A stretch of 64,000 nucleotides of DNA from NCBI GenBank assembly GCA_036163455.1, contig JAYZKL010000018.1, forward strand, positions 3,595 through 67,594, in the 5' to 3' direction. The stretch comes from Pseudomonadota bacterium. GTDB lineage: Bacteria > Pseudomonadota > Gammaproteobacteria > GCA-002705445 > GCA-002716945. The notes under the pieces are model-generated. The model ran no database searches. It was not told the origin of the DNA and saw nothing but the letters and a program-made list of their open reading frames with translations. Shown here piece after piece: positions 1 to 9,860 of the stretch. The number at the start of each line of letters is the position of its first letter. Within the stretch, counting starts at the first letter, position 1. The position numbers and the translations under genes were made by a program.

Positions 1-762
1 AGTTGAAAAGAAATCTGATGAAGAGTATATGGCGGTCACATATTTTGATTTTTGTAAAGCTGTCTTAAGCGTAGCTAAGATTTTGCTCAATCGATCTTTT
101 TTATTAATATTTGAATTTATAGATTCTAAAAATTTTGGTATTTCATTTATTTTTATCTTTACATTTATAACCTGTAGATTTTTTTTCAGATTATTTATAT
201 CTTTCTGAGAAAACTGTCCAATTAAGAAGACTTTTCGAGCATTTTTTTTTGTATATAAACTAGAGTCAGGTGCCAGTATTTTTTCTATTAATCGCGGAGC
301 TTTATTAAAAACGTTATTTCCAAATACCAAAATAGTATCTGCTCTATTTTTTACCTCCATTAATGTAGTCGCAACAAATCCAGTTCTTTGAACAATATTC
401 ATATTATCAAAAAAATATTTGCTATTAATATGATCAAAATTTGCATTGATTTGAGAACAAAGATTAATTGCTGATCTTATTGATGCAACATCTGCGCCTC
501 TATTGAGAATTCCAATTTCATTCGATTTTTTTATTAATAATTTAGACTTTAAAATAGCATCATTATAAGACGAAACTTTATTTTTTATTTTTGGAGTTAA
601 TGCACTTTTATTATTTATATTAAAAGATTCAAATTTTTTTACACATTCTTTATTTTTGAGATTGTTAACCTTAAATTTTTTATTTTTATAAGTGATATTA
701 ACATCATCACAGAGAAGGGGGCAAAATGGGCACGTAATTTCTTTAGTTATAATCTTTTTCAT
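1..762 (-). CDS. Formylmethanofuran dehydrogenase subunit B family protein (FwdB/FhcB-like), 3'-partial: the gene runs off the window start
   Basis: I translated the minus strand by hand. ATG is at 762..760 and the protein begins MKKIITKEITCPFCPLLCDDVNI..., with no stops down to position 1. It carries an N-terminal CxxCxxxC motif and an ADTILVFGNN segment typical of the molybdopterin-oxidoreductase-like FwdB/FhcB family. It is not in the supplied ORF track, probably because it is partial. Confidence 0.55.
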   Translation of the reverse strand, partial: MKKIITKEITCPFCPLLCDDVNITYKNKKFKVNNLKNKECVKKFESFNINNKSALTPKIKNKVSSYNDAILKSKLLIKKSNEIGILNRGADVASIRSAINLCSQINANFDHINSKYFFDNMNIVQRTGFVATTLMEVKNRADTILVFGNNVFNKAPRLIEKILAPDSSLYTKKNARKVFLIGQFSQKDINNLKKNLQVINVKIKINEIPKFLESINSNINKKDRLSKILATLKTALQKSKYVTAIYSSSDFFST

Positions 763-842
763 ATACCCTATACATTCTACATTATAAACATATTACTTTA
801 CACTCAAAAGGTATAGAATAGACACCTGAAGTTTATTTTTTT

Positions 843-1805
843 ATGAAAAGAGATTCAAAAAAAAACATAAATGAGCTAGTCATCTCGAGTCCAGCACGAT
901 TACATCTAGGCTTTTTTGGGATTGAAGATAATTATGGTTATTCTTATGGAAGTATGGGTCTAGCTATAAACCTTCATAAAACATTAATTAAAGTTAGTAA
1001 AGCGAAAGAATCTTATTCCAATATTTCAAAAAAATATATAAAACCACTAGAAACTTATCTTAACTCAATTGGTAAAAAACAAAAAATGAGAATTATTTTA
1101 GAAAATAAGATGAAAAAGCATGTGGGTTTAGGGTCTGGAACTCAAACTGCATTATGTTTGGGAAAAGGAGTTTCAAAATTTTTAGGGCTGGAACTAGATA
1201 TTGAAAACATAGCTAAGATTTTTAATAGGGGATTAAGGTCAGGAGCCGGAATAGGAGTATTTGAAAAAGGTGGCTTTATAGTAGATACCTGTAAGAAAAA
1301 TAATCAACACCCACAAATTTTATTAAGGAAAAAGTTTCCAAGCAGCTGGAAAATAGTCCTATTGTCTGACATGGCATTGAGGGGTTTTTATGGAGAGAGA
1401 GAAGAAAAATTTTTTAGAAACACTAAAGCCTCTAAACTTATTTCTTCTGAATTATCTGAAGTGGTTTTAAGGGGAATAATACCATCTATTATATATAAAG
1501 ATTTTACATGTTTTGCGAGGAATATTTCCTATTTTCAAAAGTTGACTGCAGAGTTTTATAAGAAAAAACAAAAAGATTTATTTATAAGCGATGAAATATC
1601 GAAAGTTATAAAATATTTATCAAAGTCTAGAACATTGGGCATTGGGCAAAGCTCATGGGGCCCATTTTCATATATATTCACAGAATCATTGCCTTCTGCT
1701 AAAGAGGTGATTAAAATTATAAAGACTAAATTTAAAATGTATAATAATCTTACATATGAAATTGCCAGCGCTAAAAACTCTGGCTATACAATAAAAAATA
1801 TTTAA
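843..1805 (+). CDS. mptG: beta-ribofuranosylaminobenzene 5'-phosphate (beta-RFAP) synthase, methanopterin biosynthesis (GHMP-kinase-like)
   Basis: The N-terminal SPARLHLGF matches the PSRLHFGL motif of beta-RFAP synthases. A GHMP-like glycine-rich GLGSGTQ segment is present. The gene sits directly upstream of mtdB/mch in an H4MPT cluster. Confidence 0.6.
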   Translation: MKRDSKKNINELVISSPARLHLGFFGIEDNYGYSYGSMGLAINLHKTLIKVSKAKESYSNISKKYIKPLETYLNSIGKKQKMRIILENKMKKHVGLGSGTQTALCLGKGVSKFLGLELDIENIAKIFNRGLRSGAGIGVFEKGGFIVDTCKKNNQHPQILLRKKFPSSWKIVLLSDMALRGFYGEREEKFFRNTKASKLISSELSEVVLRGIIPSIIYKDFTCFARNISYFQKLTAEFYKKKQKDLFISDEISKVIKYLSKSRTLGIGQSSWGPFSYIFTESLPSAKEVIKIIKTKFKMYNNLTYEIASAKNSGYTIKNI

Positions 1806-1819
1806 ATTCGGGGGAATTT

Positions 1820-2710
1820 ATGGAAAAGCCTTACTTATTACATATGATAACACCAGAAAAAAACCTAAGTCCTTTTGATGCCAATATGGCTTTTGATGCA
1901 GGATGGAATTCTATAATTCCTTATACTGCAGTTGAGATGGAAGAAGTACAAACTTTAGTGCAAGATGCAATTTTTTCTAGATCAACTTCTGCTTTAAAGC
2001 GTACAGGAATTTTTTTTGGAGGAAGAGATTGTCATATGGCAATGGATATGATCAATGAAGCAAAAAAATCGATGGTTCCACCTTTTGAAGTTTCAGTCTT
2101 TGCTGATCCTAGTGGAGCATTTACAACTGCCGCTGGAATGGTTGCTGTTACTGAAAAAGCTCTTAAAGAAAAATTTAATCTTACACTTGCAGATACAAAA
2201 ATTGCAATTCTAGGAGGTACTGGTCCCGTAGGAATAGTTTCTGCTGTCATTACTGCAAAAGCAGGTGCAAATGTTTATGTAGTTGGAAGGAATGCAGAAA
2301 AGACTGAAAAAGTCGTCAATTTGTGTAGGGAAAGATATAAATCTTCAAATGTGAATGTAGGTTTAGATGCTGACAAAGAATCTCTTTTATCGGATACTGA
2401 TATAGTTTTTGGAACAGCAGCACCAGGAATAGAGATTATGAATAAAGATTTAGTAAAAAATTCAAAAGCATTAAAAATTTGTGCTGATACAAATGCAGTT
2501 CCACCTTCAGGGATTTATGGTGTAGGTGTAAGTGATAATGTTGTAAAAATGAAAGATTCTTCTTCTGATTGTTATGGAATTGGAGCTTTAGCAATTGGAA
2601 ATGTTAAATATAAGGCTCAGCATGAGTGTCTCAAATTAATGTGCAATACAGATAAGCCTGTTTATTTAGATTTTGAGCATGCATTTGAGTTTGCACAGAA
2701 GAATGCGTAA
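1820..2710 (+). CDS. mtdB: NAD(P)-dependent methylene-tetrahydromethanopterin dehydrogenase (MtdA/MtdB family)
   Basis: From memory it aligns along the whole length to methylotroph MtdA/MtdB (GIFFGGRD, FEVSVFADPSGAFTTAAGMVA, Rossmann GGTGPVGI, GIGALAIG). A GGGGGA SD lies upstream. It is adjacent to mch as in methylotroph islands. Confidence 0.75.
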   Translation: MEKPYLLHMITPEKNLSPFDANMAFDAGWNSIIPYTAVEMEEVQTLVQDAIFSRSTSALKRTGIFFGGRDCHMAMDMINEAKKSMVPPFEVSVFADPSGAFTTAAGMVAVTEKALKEKFNLTLADTKIAILGGTGPVGIVSAVITAKAGANVYVVGRNAEKTEKVVNLCRERYKSSNVNVGLDADKESLLSDTDIVFGTAAPGIEIMNKDLVKNSKALKICADTNAVPPSGIYGVGVSDNVVKMKDSSSDCYGIGALAIGNVKYKAQHECLKLMCNTDKPVYLDFEHAFEFAQKNA

Positions 2711-3773
2711 AGCTGTATTAATAATAAATACCCATACAGAATATTTAGCAACTCAAGCAGAAAAACTAGGATATAAAACTTTCTGCATTGATGGTTTTAA
2801 TCAAAATAATTTAAATAAAATTTCTCGACAAAACTTCTTAAAAAAGTTTATCAAAAAAATACAGAAAGATTATAAATCAATAAAACTAATTTATGGATCT
2901 GGGCTAGAAGATAAACCACACACCTACAAAATATTGGATTCTGAAGTTGATGTTCAGGGAAATTCTTTTGAAATGCTTGAGCACTGCAATGATATTTTAA
3001 AGTTGGAAAAAGCATTAAATATAAGTGGATTACATATCCCCAAAACAAGCTTTAGACCTCTTGATAGAACAATAAAAACTATTGTAAAGCCATTACAAGG
3101 CTTTGGAGGATTGCATATAAGCTTTGCTAGTAAAAATAATAAGAATAATTATTATCAAGAATTTATACCCGGACAAACATTCTCTATATCATTTTTTAGA
3201 AACAAGAAAAAATTTTTTTTCCTTGGATTTAATCAATTATTTACATTAAAAGAATTTCCAACCAGTCCATTTATACATGCTGGCGCAATGAATATTAGTA
3301 GGATTAAAAAATCAACTAAAATAAAGAAATCAATTGAAATATTTTCATCGTTAATAGATTTGCAAGGTTATAACACGATAGATTTTAAGATATATAAGAA
3401 TAAGGTTTTTGTGATTGATATAAATCCACGCATTACATCAACTTTCAGGATATATAATGAACTCTATGCTAATGACTTACTGAAATCTCAAATTAATCTT
3501 AAAAATGGTGGAATGAAAGTCAATTATCCTAAACTTAAAAAATTTTATGGTTTTATACATATGTTTAGTAGGTCAAACTTTACTTTTTATAATAAAATTC
3601 AAGGTGATTCATCTATTACAAACCTACCATTAGAAGGTGAATTTATAAAAAAGGATAGTCCAGTTTTTACGATTAATTTTTTATCTGACTCACCATCAAA
3701 AGTAATTAAGTCATTAAAGAAAAGAATTAGTATGACAAGAAAGTATTTTAACTGTTATGATATAGATATCTAG
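2703..3773 (+). CDS. ATP-grasp family ligase (H4MPT/methylofuran-cluster associated)
   Basis: It has an ATP-grasp C-terminal motif (FVIDINPR). The likely start is the internal ATG at 2703 (MRKAVLII), overlapping the mtdB stop. One of three ATP-grasp paralogs in the island. Confidence 0.5.
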   Translation: MRKAVLIINTHTEYLATQAEKLGYKTFCIDGFNQNNLNKISRQNFLKKFIKKIQKDYKSIKLIYGSGLEDKPHTYKILDSEVDVQGNSFEMLEHCNDILKLEKALNISGLHIPKTSFRPLDRTIKTIVKPLQGFGGLHISFASKNNKNNYYQEFIPGQTFSISFFRNKKKFFFLGFNQLFTLKEFPTSPFIHAGAMNISRIKKSTKIKKSIEIFSSLIDLQGYNTIDFKIYKNKVFVIDINPRITSTFRIYNELYANDLLKSQINLKNGGMKVNYPKLKKFYGFIHMFSRSNFTFYNKIQGDSSITNLPLEGEFIKKDSPVFTINFLSDSPSKVIKSLKKRISMTRKYFNCYDIDI

Positions 3774-3775
3774 AT

Positions 3776-4744
3776 ATGACAGATCAAATAAGTATAAATA
3801 AAATCACAAAACCTCTTGTTGAAGAATTAATTGAGAATGTAGATCAACTTAATCTTGGAATAACAACAAGCTCGGGTGGCGCTAAATTAATTGATGCTGG
3901 CATTAATCATAAAGGTTGCCTTGAGTCAGGGAGATTAATAACTGAAATATGTATGGGTGGTTTAGGAACTGTATCATTATCCATGAATAATACTTTTGAA
4001 AAATGGCCTTTATCAGTAGATGTACATAGCACAAACCCAGTTTTGAGTTGTCTTGCAAGTCAATATGCCGGCTGGAGTCTTTCACATGTAAAAGATGAAG
4101 AAAATTTTAATGCTCTTGGTTCAGGCCCATGTCGTTCATTAGCATGTAAGGAAGAATTATTTACAGATTTAGGTTACAAAGATAAATTTTTTTCTACTGT
4201 TGCAGTTATGGAAGTAGATACTACACCTCCGCAAGAAATTATTGATAAAATAGTTAATGATTGCAATATTAGTGAAAAAAACCTTACTGTTATATTAACT
4301 CCTACAAGATCGCTTTCTGGATGCGTTCAAATTGTTGGTCGTGTTCTTGAAGTTGGAATGCATAAAGTACACGAACTTGGTTTTCCATTAGATAAAATTA
4401 TAGATGGGTTTGGTTCTGCACCTTTACCTCCACCTGCACCTGATTTTTTAAATGGAATGGGAAGAACAAATGATGCTATTTTATATGGAGGTAAGGTTCA
4501 TTTATTTGTTGATGTACCAGATGATGAAGCTGATGAGCTTGCAAAAAGACTACCAAGTTCAACTTCTAGCGATTACGGGAAACCATTTGCTGAAGTTTTT
4601 AAAGAATATAAATATGATTTTTATAAAATTGATAAAATGCTCTTTAGTCCGGCCTATGTAATAGTTACATCAATCAAGACTGGAAATACCTTTAGAAATG
4701 GAAAGATTAATCCAGAATTAATCGATAAATCTTTCACTAAATGA
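3776..4744 (+). CDS. mch: Methenyl-tetrahydromethanopterin cyclohydrolase
   Basis: Near-colinear similarity to bacterial Mch (AGxKLIDAG, SxNPVLxCLxSQYAGWSL, ALGSGPxRSL, GRTNDAILxGGxVHLFV, DYGKPFAEVF). Confidence 0.9.
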   Translation: MTDQISINKITKPLVEELIENVDQLNLGITTSSGGAKLIDAGINHKGCLESGRLITEICMGGLGTVSLSMNNTFEKWPLSVDVHSTNPVLSCLASQYAGWSLSHVKDEENFNALGSGPCRSLACKEELFTDLGYKDKFFSTVAVMEVDTTPPQEIIDKIVNDCNISEKNLTVILTPTRSLSGCVQIVGRVLEVGMHKVHELGFPLDKIIDGFGSAPLPPPAPDFLNGMGRTNDAILYGGKVHLFVDVPDDEADELAKRLPSSTSSDYGKPFAEVFKEYKYDFYKIDKMLFSPAYVIVTSIKTGNTFRNGKINPELIDKSFTK

Positions 4745-5655
4745 GAAAAGTTTTAATATTAACTGATCAACAAGGTTGGCATTTTAATCAATTAAAAAGA
4801 TCTTTTTTAAAGCAGGAAATCAAAGTTGAATCTTATAACTTAACTCAATTAACTCTATCTTTTGTAAAAAATGAGAATAAAGTATTTTATGGCAATAGAG
4901 AATTAGACAATGTTACGGATGTAATGGTTAGATTCATACCAAATGGTAGTTTGGAAGAAATAGTTACTTATCTGAATATACTGAAAATATTTAAAATGCA
5001 AGGCGCAAATGTTGTTAATACAGCAGAAAATATCGAGCTGACTGTAGATAAATCTTTAACCACAGCTTTACTTAATTCTCTTAATATAAATACTCCAAAA
5101 ACTTGGGTTATTAGGGGAAAAAAAGAGACAAAAAATCTTGTCAAAAAAATATTAAAAGAATGTAAATTAATATATAAACCAATATTTGGTTCACAAGGAA
5201 ACAATATAAAAAAAATTGAAAAATTAGAGGATTTGGACTCTATTGATAACGAAAGCAATATCTATTATCTTCAAGAATTTTTAGACACTGATCCATTCCA
5301 TGACTATCGAGTACTTATTGTAAAGAATATAAATAAAAATAAAGTTTTTTCAATGATAAGATATGGCAAATCTTATATTAATAATTTCTCGAAGGGAGCT
5401 AAATGTATGCCAATAAAACTTGATCAGAAAATGGCTGAAATTGCATTGGCAGCAGCAGAAATAACAAATCTATCATTATGTGGCGTAGATATTATTAAAC
5501 AAAAAGATAAATTTTTTGTTATTGAAGTTAATGGAATTCCGGCATGGAAAGGATTACAGTCTATAAATAAAGAAAATATTGCTGATGTAATAGTTAATGC
5601 TTTTTTAAATTCATCAAGAAATAATACAAATCTATCTATTAAACCTGTTCCTTAA
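4741..5655 (+). CDS. ATP-grasp family protein, RimK-like (probable H4MPT/methylofuran gamma-glutamyl ligase-type)
   Basis: RimK-like C-terminus (FVIEVNGIPAWKG). ATGA overlap with mch. Position matches the orf5/orf17-type genes of H4MPT islands. Confidence 0.5.
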   Translation: MRKVLILTDQQGWHFNQLKRSFLKQEIKVESYNLTQLTLSFVKNENKVFYGNRELDNVTDVMVRFIPNGSLEEIVTYLNILKIFKMQGANVVNTAENIELTVDKSLTTALLNSLNINTPKTWVIRGKKETKNLVKKILKECKLIYKPIFGSQGNNIKKIEKLEDLDSIDNESNIYYLQEFLDTDPFHDYRVLIVKNINKNKVFSMIRYGKSYINNFSKGAKCMPIKLDQKMAEIALAAAEITNLSLCGVDIIKQKDKFFVIEVNGIPAWKGLQSINKENIADVIVNAFLNSSRNNTNLSIKPVP

Positions 5656-5657
5656 TA

Positions 5658-6539
5658 ATGTACAAGAATATCAATTATCCTAAAATTGATTCTGGACCTG
5701 AATACTCTTCCTTAAAAGAAGCATATAGCTTTGCTTGCAAGAAAGATGTTGAGATTATAAAGCCTGGAAATGTATATATCAGCTCTCCGCACAAAGATAC
5801 TAATTCTGATGATTATTTAAATAGTTATGAACATAGTTCTAAACATTTATTTCTTAAAGAAATAAGTCTTGGTAATAGAATATTTTTATCAGTTGAACAA
5901 ACACATAAATTTGTGAAAAAAAATACTAATTTAGGAATTATTTTGGTTTGTGCGCCATTAATCCACTCACTTATCTGTTATAAAGACTATCCTTTGAAAA
6001 AAGGCCTAACACTAACTCTAGAGAATACTACAAAATCAGATACAGTATCAGTTTGTAAAGCTATTAATCTAATAAACCCAGGCGGATTAGGTGTCAGCAA
6101 AGATCATGATACACGCACTTTGCCTGAGATTGGGCTCTTGGAGATTATGGAATATTCATCAAAATATGACAGAATCGCCTATCAATATACGAATATGTTC
6201 AATGATGTTCTAAATTTTGTAGTTCCATGCCTAAATAGCTACCAGGAGCGTTATAAATCACTTAGTTTGTCCATTTCTTTGACATTCCTAGAAGTATTAA
6301 GCAATATGCCAGATTCTCATATTGAGAGGAAATTTGGGCATAAAATAGCAAAAAAGACTAGTAATCAAGCCAATGATTTGCTAAAAATATTAGTTACGGA
6401 GAGAATTAATCAAGATTCACTTAATAATCGTTTAAGAGAACTTGATTATGAATACAAAAAACAAGGAATTAATCCGGGGACGACAGCAGATTTACTTGTC
6501 GCAGGTTTGATGATAAAACAAATCTTCAATAAAATTTGA
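5658..6539 (+). CDS. CitG/MdcB-like (triphosphoribosyl-dephospho-CoA synthase family) protein of H4MPT islands
   Basis: Size and position (between the ATP-grasp gene and fae) match the orf7-type gene of methylotroph H4MPT clusters. Family assignment is from weak pattern recognition only. Confidence 0.35.
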   Translation: MYKNINYPKIDSGPEYSSLKEAYSFACKKDVEIIKPGNVYISSPHKDTNSDDYLNSYEHSSKHLFLKEISLGNRIFLSVEQTHKFVKKNTNLGIILVCAPLIHSLICYKDYPLKKGLTLTLENTTKSDTVSVCKAINLINPGGLGVSKDHDTRTLPEIGLLEIMEYSSKYDRIAYQYTNMFNDVLNFVVPCLNSYQERYKSLSLSISLTFLEVLSNMPDSHIERKFGHKIAKKTSNQANDLLKILVTERINQDSLNNRLRELDYEYKKQGINPGTTADLLVAGLMIKQIFNKI

Positions 6540-6612
6540 AGATGGATTTTGCGCTCAAATTTGTGGTTGAAAATTAAAGCTTTAGGCCCGATAAATAACA
6601 CAGGAGATAATA

Positions 6613-7128
6613 ATGGCAGTAGTTGATAAAGTGTTAGTAGGTGAAGCTCTAGTTGTTACCGAAGGTGGCGACAATGAAATTTCACATATTGACCTATTAA
6701 TGGGTCCACGTGGATCAGCAGTTGAAGATGCGTTTTGTAATTCACTATGTAACAACAAAGATGGGTTTACATCTCTTTTAGCTGTAGTTGCACCTAACTT
6801 AGCTTGTAAACCAAGCACAGTTATGTTTAACAAAGTAACAATTAAAGGTGCTAAGCAAGCAGTTCAAATGTTTGGTCCTGCACAAGCAGCTGTAGCAAGA
6901 GCTGTAACTGATTGTGTTGAAGATGGAACAATACCAGAAAAAGAAGCAGAAGATATTTTCATCTGCGTTGGTGTATTTATCCACTGGGATGCAAGTGATG
7001 ATACTAGAATCTATGATTACAACTATGAAGCTACCAAAATGGCAATCAAAAATGCTGTTGCTGGTAAACCAAAAGCTGGAGAAGTTGTAGCAGGAAAATC
7101 TACACAACATCCATTTTCACCAAAATAA
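6613..7128 (+). CDS. fae: Formaldehyde-activating enzyme (5,6,7,8-tetrahydromethanopterin hydro-lyase)
   Basis: Strong similarity to Fae (VGEALV, HIDLxxGPRGS, [24 protein letters not shown], [30 protein letters not shown]). An AGGAGA SD sits 7 nt upstream. It appears monocistronic, with a terminator immediately downstream. Confidence 0.9.
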   Translation: MAVVDKVLVGEALVVTEGGDNEISHIDLLMGPRGSAVEDAFCNSLCNNKDGFTSLLAVVAPNLACKPSTVMFNKVTIKGAKQAVQMFGPAQAAVARAVTDCVEDGTIPEKEAEDIFICVGVFIHWDASDDTRIYDYNYEATKMAIKNAVAGKPKAGEVVAGKSTQHPFSPK

Positions 7129-7142
7129 CAATTATGAGAATT

Positions 7143-7180
7143 GCCAACCGTGCTTTAAGCTCGGTTGGCTCTCTCTTTTA
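7143..7180 (+). terminator. Rho-independent terminator downstream of fae
   Basis: GCCAACCG(7143-7150), 11-nt loop, CGGTTGGC(7162-7169), followed by TCTCTCTTTT. The hairpin is GC-rich in an AT-rich background. Its 3' arm overlaps the last codons of the convergent gene 7155..7847. Confidence 0.55.
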
Positions 7181-7847
7181 GGAAACTAAATTTTCGAAGT
7201 TTATTCATAGATAATAAACTAGATACCAATACACCGCTTGCTCCAAGATTTTTTATAAACTTTATATCTAACATAGATCTAATTCCGCCAGCAACATAAT
7301 ATTCAGTTTTATATTTTTTTGTAATAAACTTTTTTATTATATGGAAGTTTGGTTTTGATTTTGTACCTACTCGTGATAAATCCATTATAATTACTTTTCT
7401 TGGATGCGTTCTTATGCATCTATGAATTGATTTTGGACCTATAATCCCATTTTTATAGTCTATGGAGCAAATATGTTTTTTAAACTTTTCTGAACTTAAT
7501 TCAAAATCTTTTGCTTTTTCACTACAAAATACTGGCACATAATTATTATAATTTTTATCTAGCTTGATTTTATTGAGGCCAGAGTCTATCCAAAAACTAA
7601 CTTTTGGAAATTTTTTTAATATTTGCATCAAAATATTATGATTAACTTTATCTGATATTATTGCGTCAAGATCAGCAATGTAGATTATTCTTGGAGAATA
7701 TATATCTATTAAATGAGTAATTATTTCAACAGGCTCTGTGGTATTGTATAGTTTGGGGTTTATTTTTTTATATGTGTTTCTATCGCCTTTTAAAGCTGTA
7801 ACTACTTGACTCTCTAATATGTCTATAACAGGAATGATGTCCATCAA
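7155..7847 (-). CDS. HisA/HisF-like (beta/alpha)8-barrel protein
   Basis: The N-terminus MMDIIPVIDILESQVV resembles the HisA/HisF start (IIPAIDLxxGxVVRL). It is embedded in the H4MPT island. Confidence 0.4.
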   Translation of the reverse strand: MMDIIPVIDILESQVVTALKGDRNTYKKINPKLYNTTEPVEIITHLIDIYSPRIIYIADLDAIISDKVNHNILMQILKKFPKVSFWIDSGLNKIKLDKNYNNYVPVFCSEKAKDFELSSEKFKKHICSIDYKNGIIGPKSIHRCIRTHPRKVIIMDLSRVGTKSKPNFHIIKKFITKKYKTEYYVAGGIRSMLDIKFIKNLGASGVLVSSLLSMNKLRKFSFLKERANRA

Positions 7848-8821
7848 TGATTAAGATACTAATATATGAATATGTTACAGGAGGTGGTTTGATAAATGAA
7901 GATTTAAGTTCAACTTTACTCAATGAAGCCAAATTAATTACATCAAACCTCTATAGCGATATGCGAGCATCGGATGGGGTTTCATTCAATTTTTTCTTAG
8001 ATGAAAGATTAAATAATCTTGTTACATCGGAATCAATCCTTATAAATAGAAAAAATATAAAAAAAATTTATGATAAAGACTTCCTAAAGAAATTTGACTA
8101 TATATTGCCAATACTGCCTGAAACAAATCTTGATTTATATAAGTATGTTAAATTTCTAGAAGAAAATAAAATAAATAAGATTATTTCAGATAAAAAAATA
8201 ATTTCTTTATTATCAAACAAATTATCTTTTTATAATTTTTTCATTAGTCATAATATAAATACAATACCAACATATGCTATTAATGACAGAAGAAAAATAA
8301 AAAAACTAAAAAACCTAATTGTTAAAGATAAATATGGAGCTGGATGTTCTTTTGTTAAAATCTTTAAGGGCCCATCTGACAAAGGTTTTTCTGGTTATAA
8401 TAATAATTATATCGTGCAACCCTATATTCATGGACAGTCATACAGCATATCGGCATTCTTTAGTAGAGATGATATATATTTATTGAGCATTAATAAACAA
8501 GATATAAAAATAAAACAAGGTTTCATTAAATTAAATAAAATTATTGTTAATGACAAAACTGTAGGTTGTACAAAAATATATGTTCTATTAGAAAGAATAA
8601 AATACATACTACCAAAACTATATGGATACATTGGCATAGATATAATAATTAATGATAAGGGCCTACATCTTGTAGAAATAAATCCAAGGTTGACAACTTC
8701 ATATATTGGATTAAGAGAGACTTTAGGAATTAATCTTGTTAATCTAATGATTGGAAAAAAAATAAAGAAAAGAATAGTTAGTGGAAAGAAATCCTGTATC
8801 AATTTAAATGAAACAAGATAA
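7847..8821 (+). CDS. ATP-grasp family protein (third paralog)
   Basis: C-terminal LVEINPRLTTS ATP-grasp motif. Confidence 0.45.
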   Translation: MIKILIYEYVTGGGLINEDLSSTLLNEAKLITSNLYSDMRASDGVSFNFFLDERLNNLVTSESILINRKNIKKIYDKDFLKKFDYILPILPETNLDLYKYVKFLEENKINKIISDKKIISLLSNKLSFYNFFISHNINTIPTYAINDRRKIKKLKNLIVKDKYGAGCSFVKIFKGPSDKGFSGYNNNYIVQPYIHGQSYSISAFFSRDDIYLLSINKQDIKIKQGFIKLNKIIVNDKTVGCTKIYVLLERIKYILPKLYGYIGIDIIINDKGLHLVEINPRLTTSYIGLRETLGINLVNLMIGKKIKKRIVSGKKSCINLNETR

Positions 8822-9860
8822 AACGAAAAATTTATATTTAGGTTGGGACATTGGTGGAGCACATACTAAATTATCTACAATAAAGCCTAACAGTTCTGCA
8901 TTTGATATATATAAGTGTCATTTATGGGAATCAACTAATCCATTAAAAAAAATTATCTCTTCTATTTGTGGAAAATATAAGAAAAAATTTAATGTAATAA
9001 ATATTATAACAATGTCAGGAGAGATGAGTGATATTTTTGAATCTAGGAGTAAAGGAGTTAAATATATTTTAAATATTTTTGATACTGTCAATAAAAACAA
9101 CTATGTATTCTCAATTAAGAAACCATTCTTCTTTAAACTTAGTAAGAGTATTAGTTCAGAATCTATATCATCAGCAAATTGGTTTGCTACGGCAAAGTTT
9201 CTTGAAACAAAAATAAATAATGCGATTGCGATTGATATTGGATCAACAACAACAGACATTATGCTTATAAAAGAAGGCAAGTGTATCAACAAAAATTATA
9301 GCGATCTTTTGAGACTACGATCTTCTGAATTGATATATATGGGCGTATTAAGAACACCAGTACACGCGGTTACAAAAGAGATACTGAGTCACCAAAAAAG
9401 GTTCCCTATAATTCCTGAAAATTTTTCTAATATGTCTGATGTATATAGTATTTTATCTGACATAAATCCTAAAATTGATTACTCAGAAAGTTGTGACCAC
9501 AAAAGTAAATCTTATAGAAATAGTTTGAGAAGACTCTCTCGCATATTGGGTTTTGACTATGAATCAAAAAATGAAAAAACAGTAATAAACTTAGCAAAAA
9601 AAATAAAGCTATCTCAAAAAGACTTTCTCACGAAAAAGATAAACAATCTATTACGAAAAAACTTCAAAAATGATAAATCGGTGAAAATTATTGGAATTGG
9701 AATAGGGAGTTTCCTAGTCGAGGAAATTGCTAAAAAAGTTAAGCTAAACTATAAAGACTTTAATAGCTTCTATCAAGATTATAATAAAAAATTATTCTTG
9801 CCATCAGATATTGCACCAGCTTACTCTATAAGTATGTTATTTAAATTAAGAAATGAATAG
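8808..9860 (+). CDS. ASKHA/hydantoinase-type ATPase-fold protein; resembles the conserved uncharacterised 'H4MPT-linked C1-transfer pathway' protein family
   Basis: N-terminal LGWDIGGAHTKL phosphate-1 motif and a second IAIDIGSTTTD motif, as expected for an actin-fold ATPase. It overlaps the upstream gene by 14 nt. Confidence 0.4.
   Translation: MKQDKTKNLYLGWDIGGAHTKLSTIKPNSSAFDIYKCHLWESTNPLKKIISSICGKYKKKFNVINIITMSGEMSDIFESRSKGVKYILNIFDTVNKNNYVFSIKKPFFFKLSKSISSESISSANWFATAKFLETKINNAIAIDIGSTTTDIMLIKEGKCINKNYSDLLRLRSSELIYMGVLRTPVHAVTKEILSHQKRFPIIPENFSNMSDVYSILSDINPKIDYSESCDHKSKSYRNSLRRLSRILGFDYESKNEKTVINLAKKIKLSQKDFLTKKINNLLRKNFKNDKSVKIIGIGIGSFLVEEIAKKVKLNYKDFNSFYQDYNKKLFLPSDIAPAYSISMLFKLRNE

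Noticed and set aside
2032-5258. Small internal or antisense ORFs within mtdB, the ATP-grasp gene, mch and the RimK-like gene (2032..2250-, 2851..3048-, 3903..4085-, 4452..4661+, 4968..5258-)
   Set aside because: They are embedded in or antisense to genes with clear homology, and AT-rich DNA yields many stop-free stretches. No independent support.
6582-7110. Two minus-strand ORFs (83 and 103 aa) across the fae locus
   Set aside because: They are antisense to the strongly supported fae coding sequence and have no motifs. They are shadow ORFs.
8428-8862. 144-aa minus-strand ORF spanning the junction of the third ATP-grasp gene and the ASKHA-like gene
   Set aside because: Low-complexity hydrophobic translation antisense to two supported genes. 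It is a shadow ORF.
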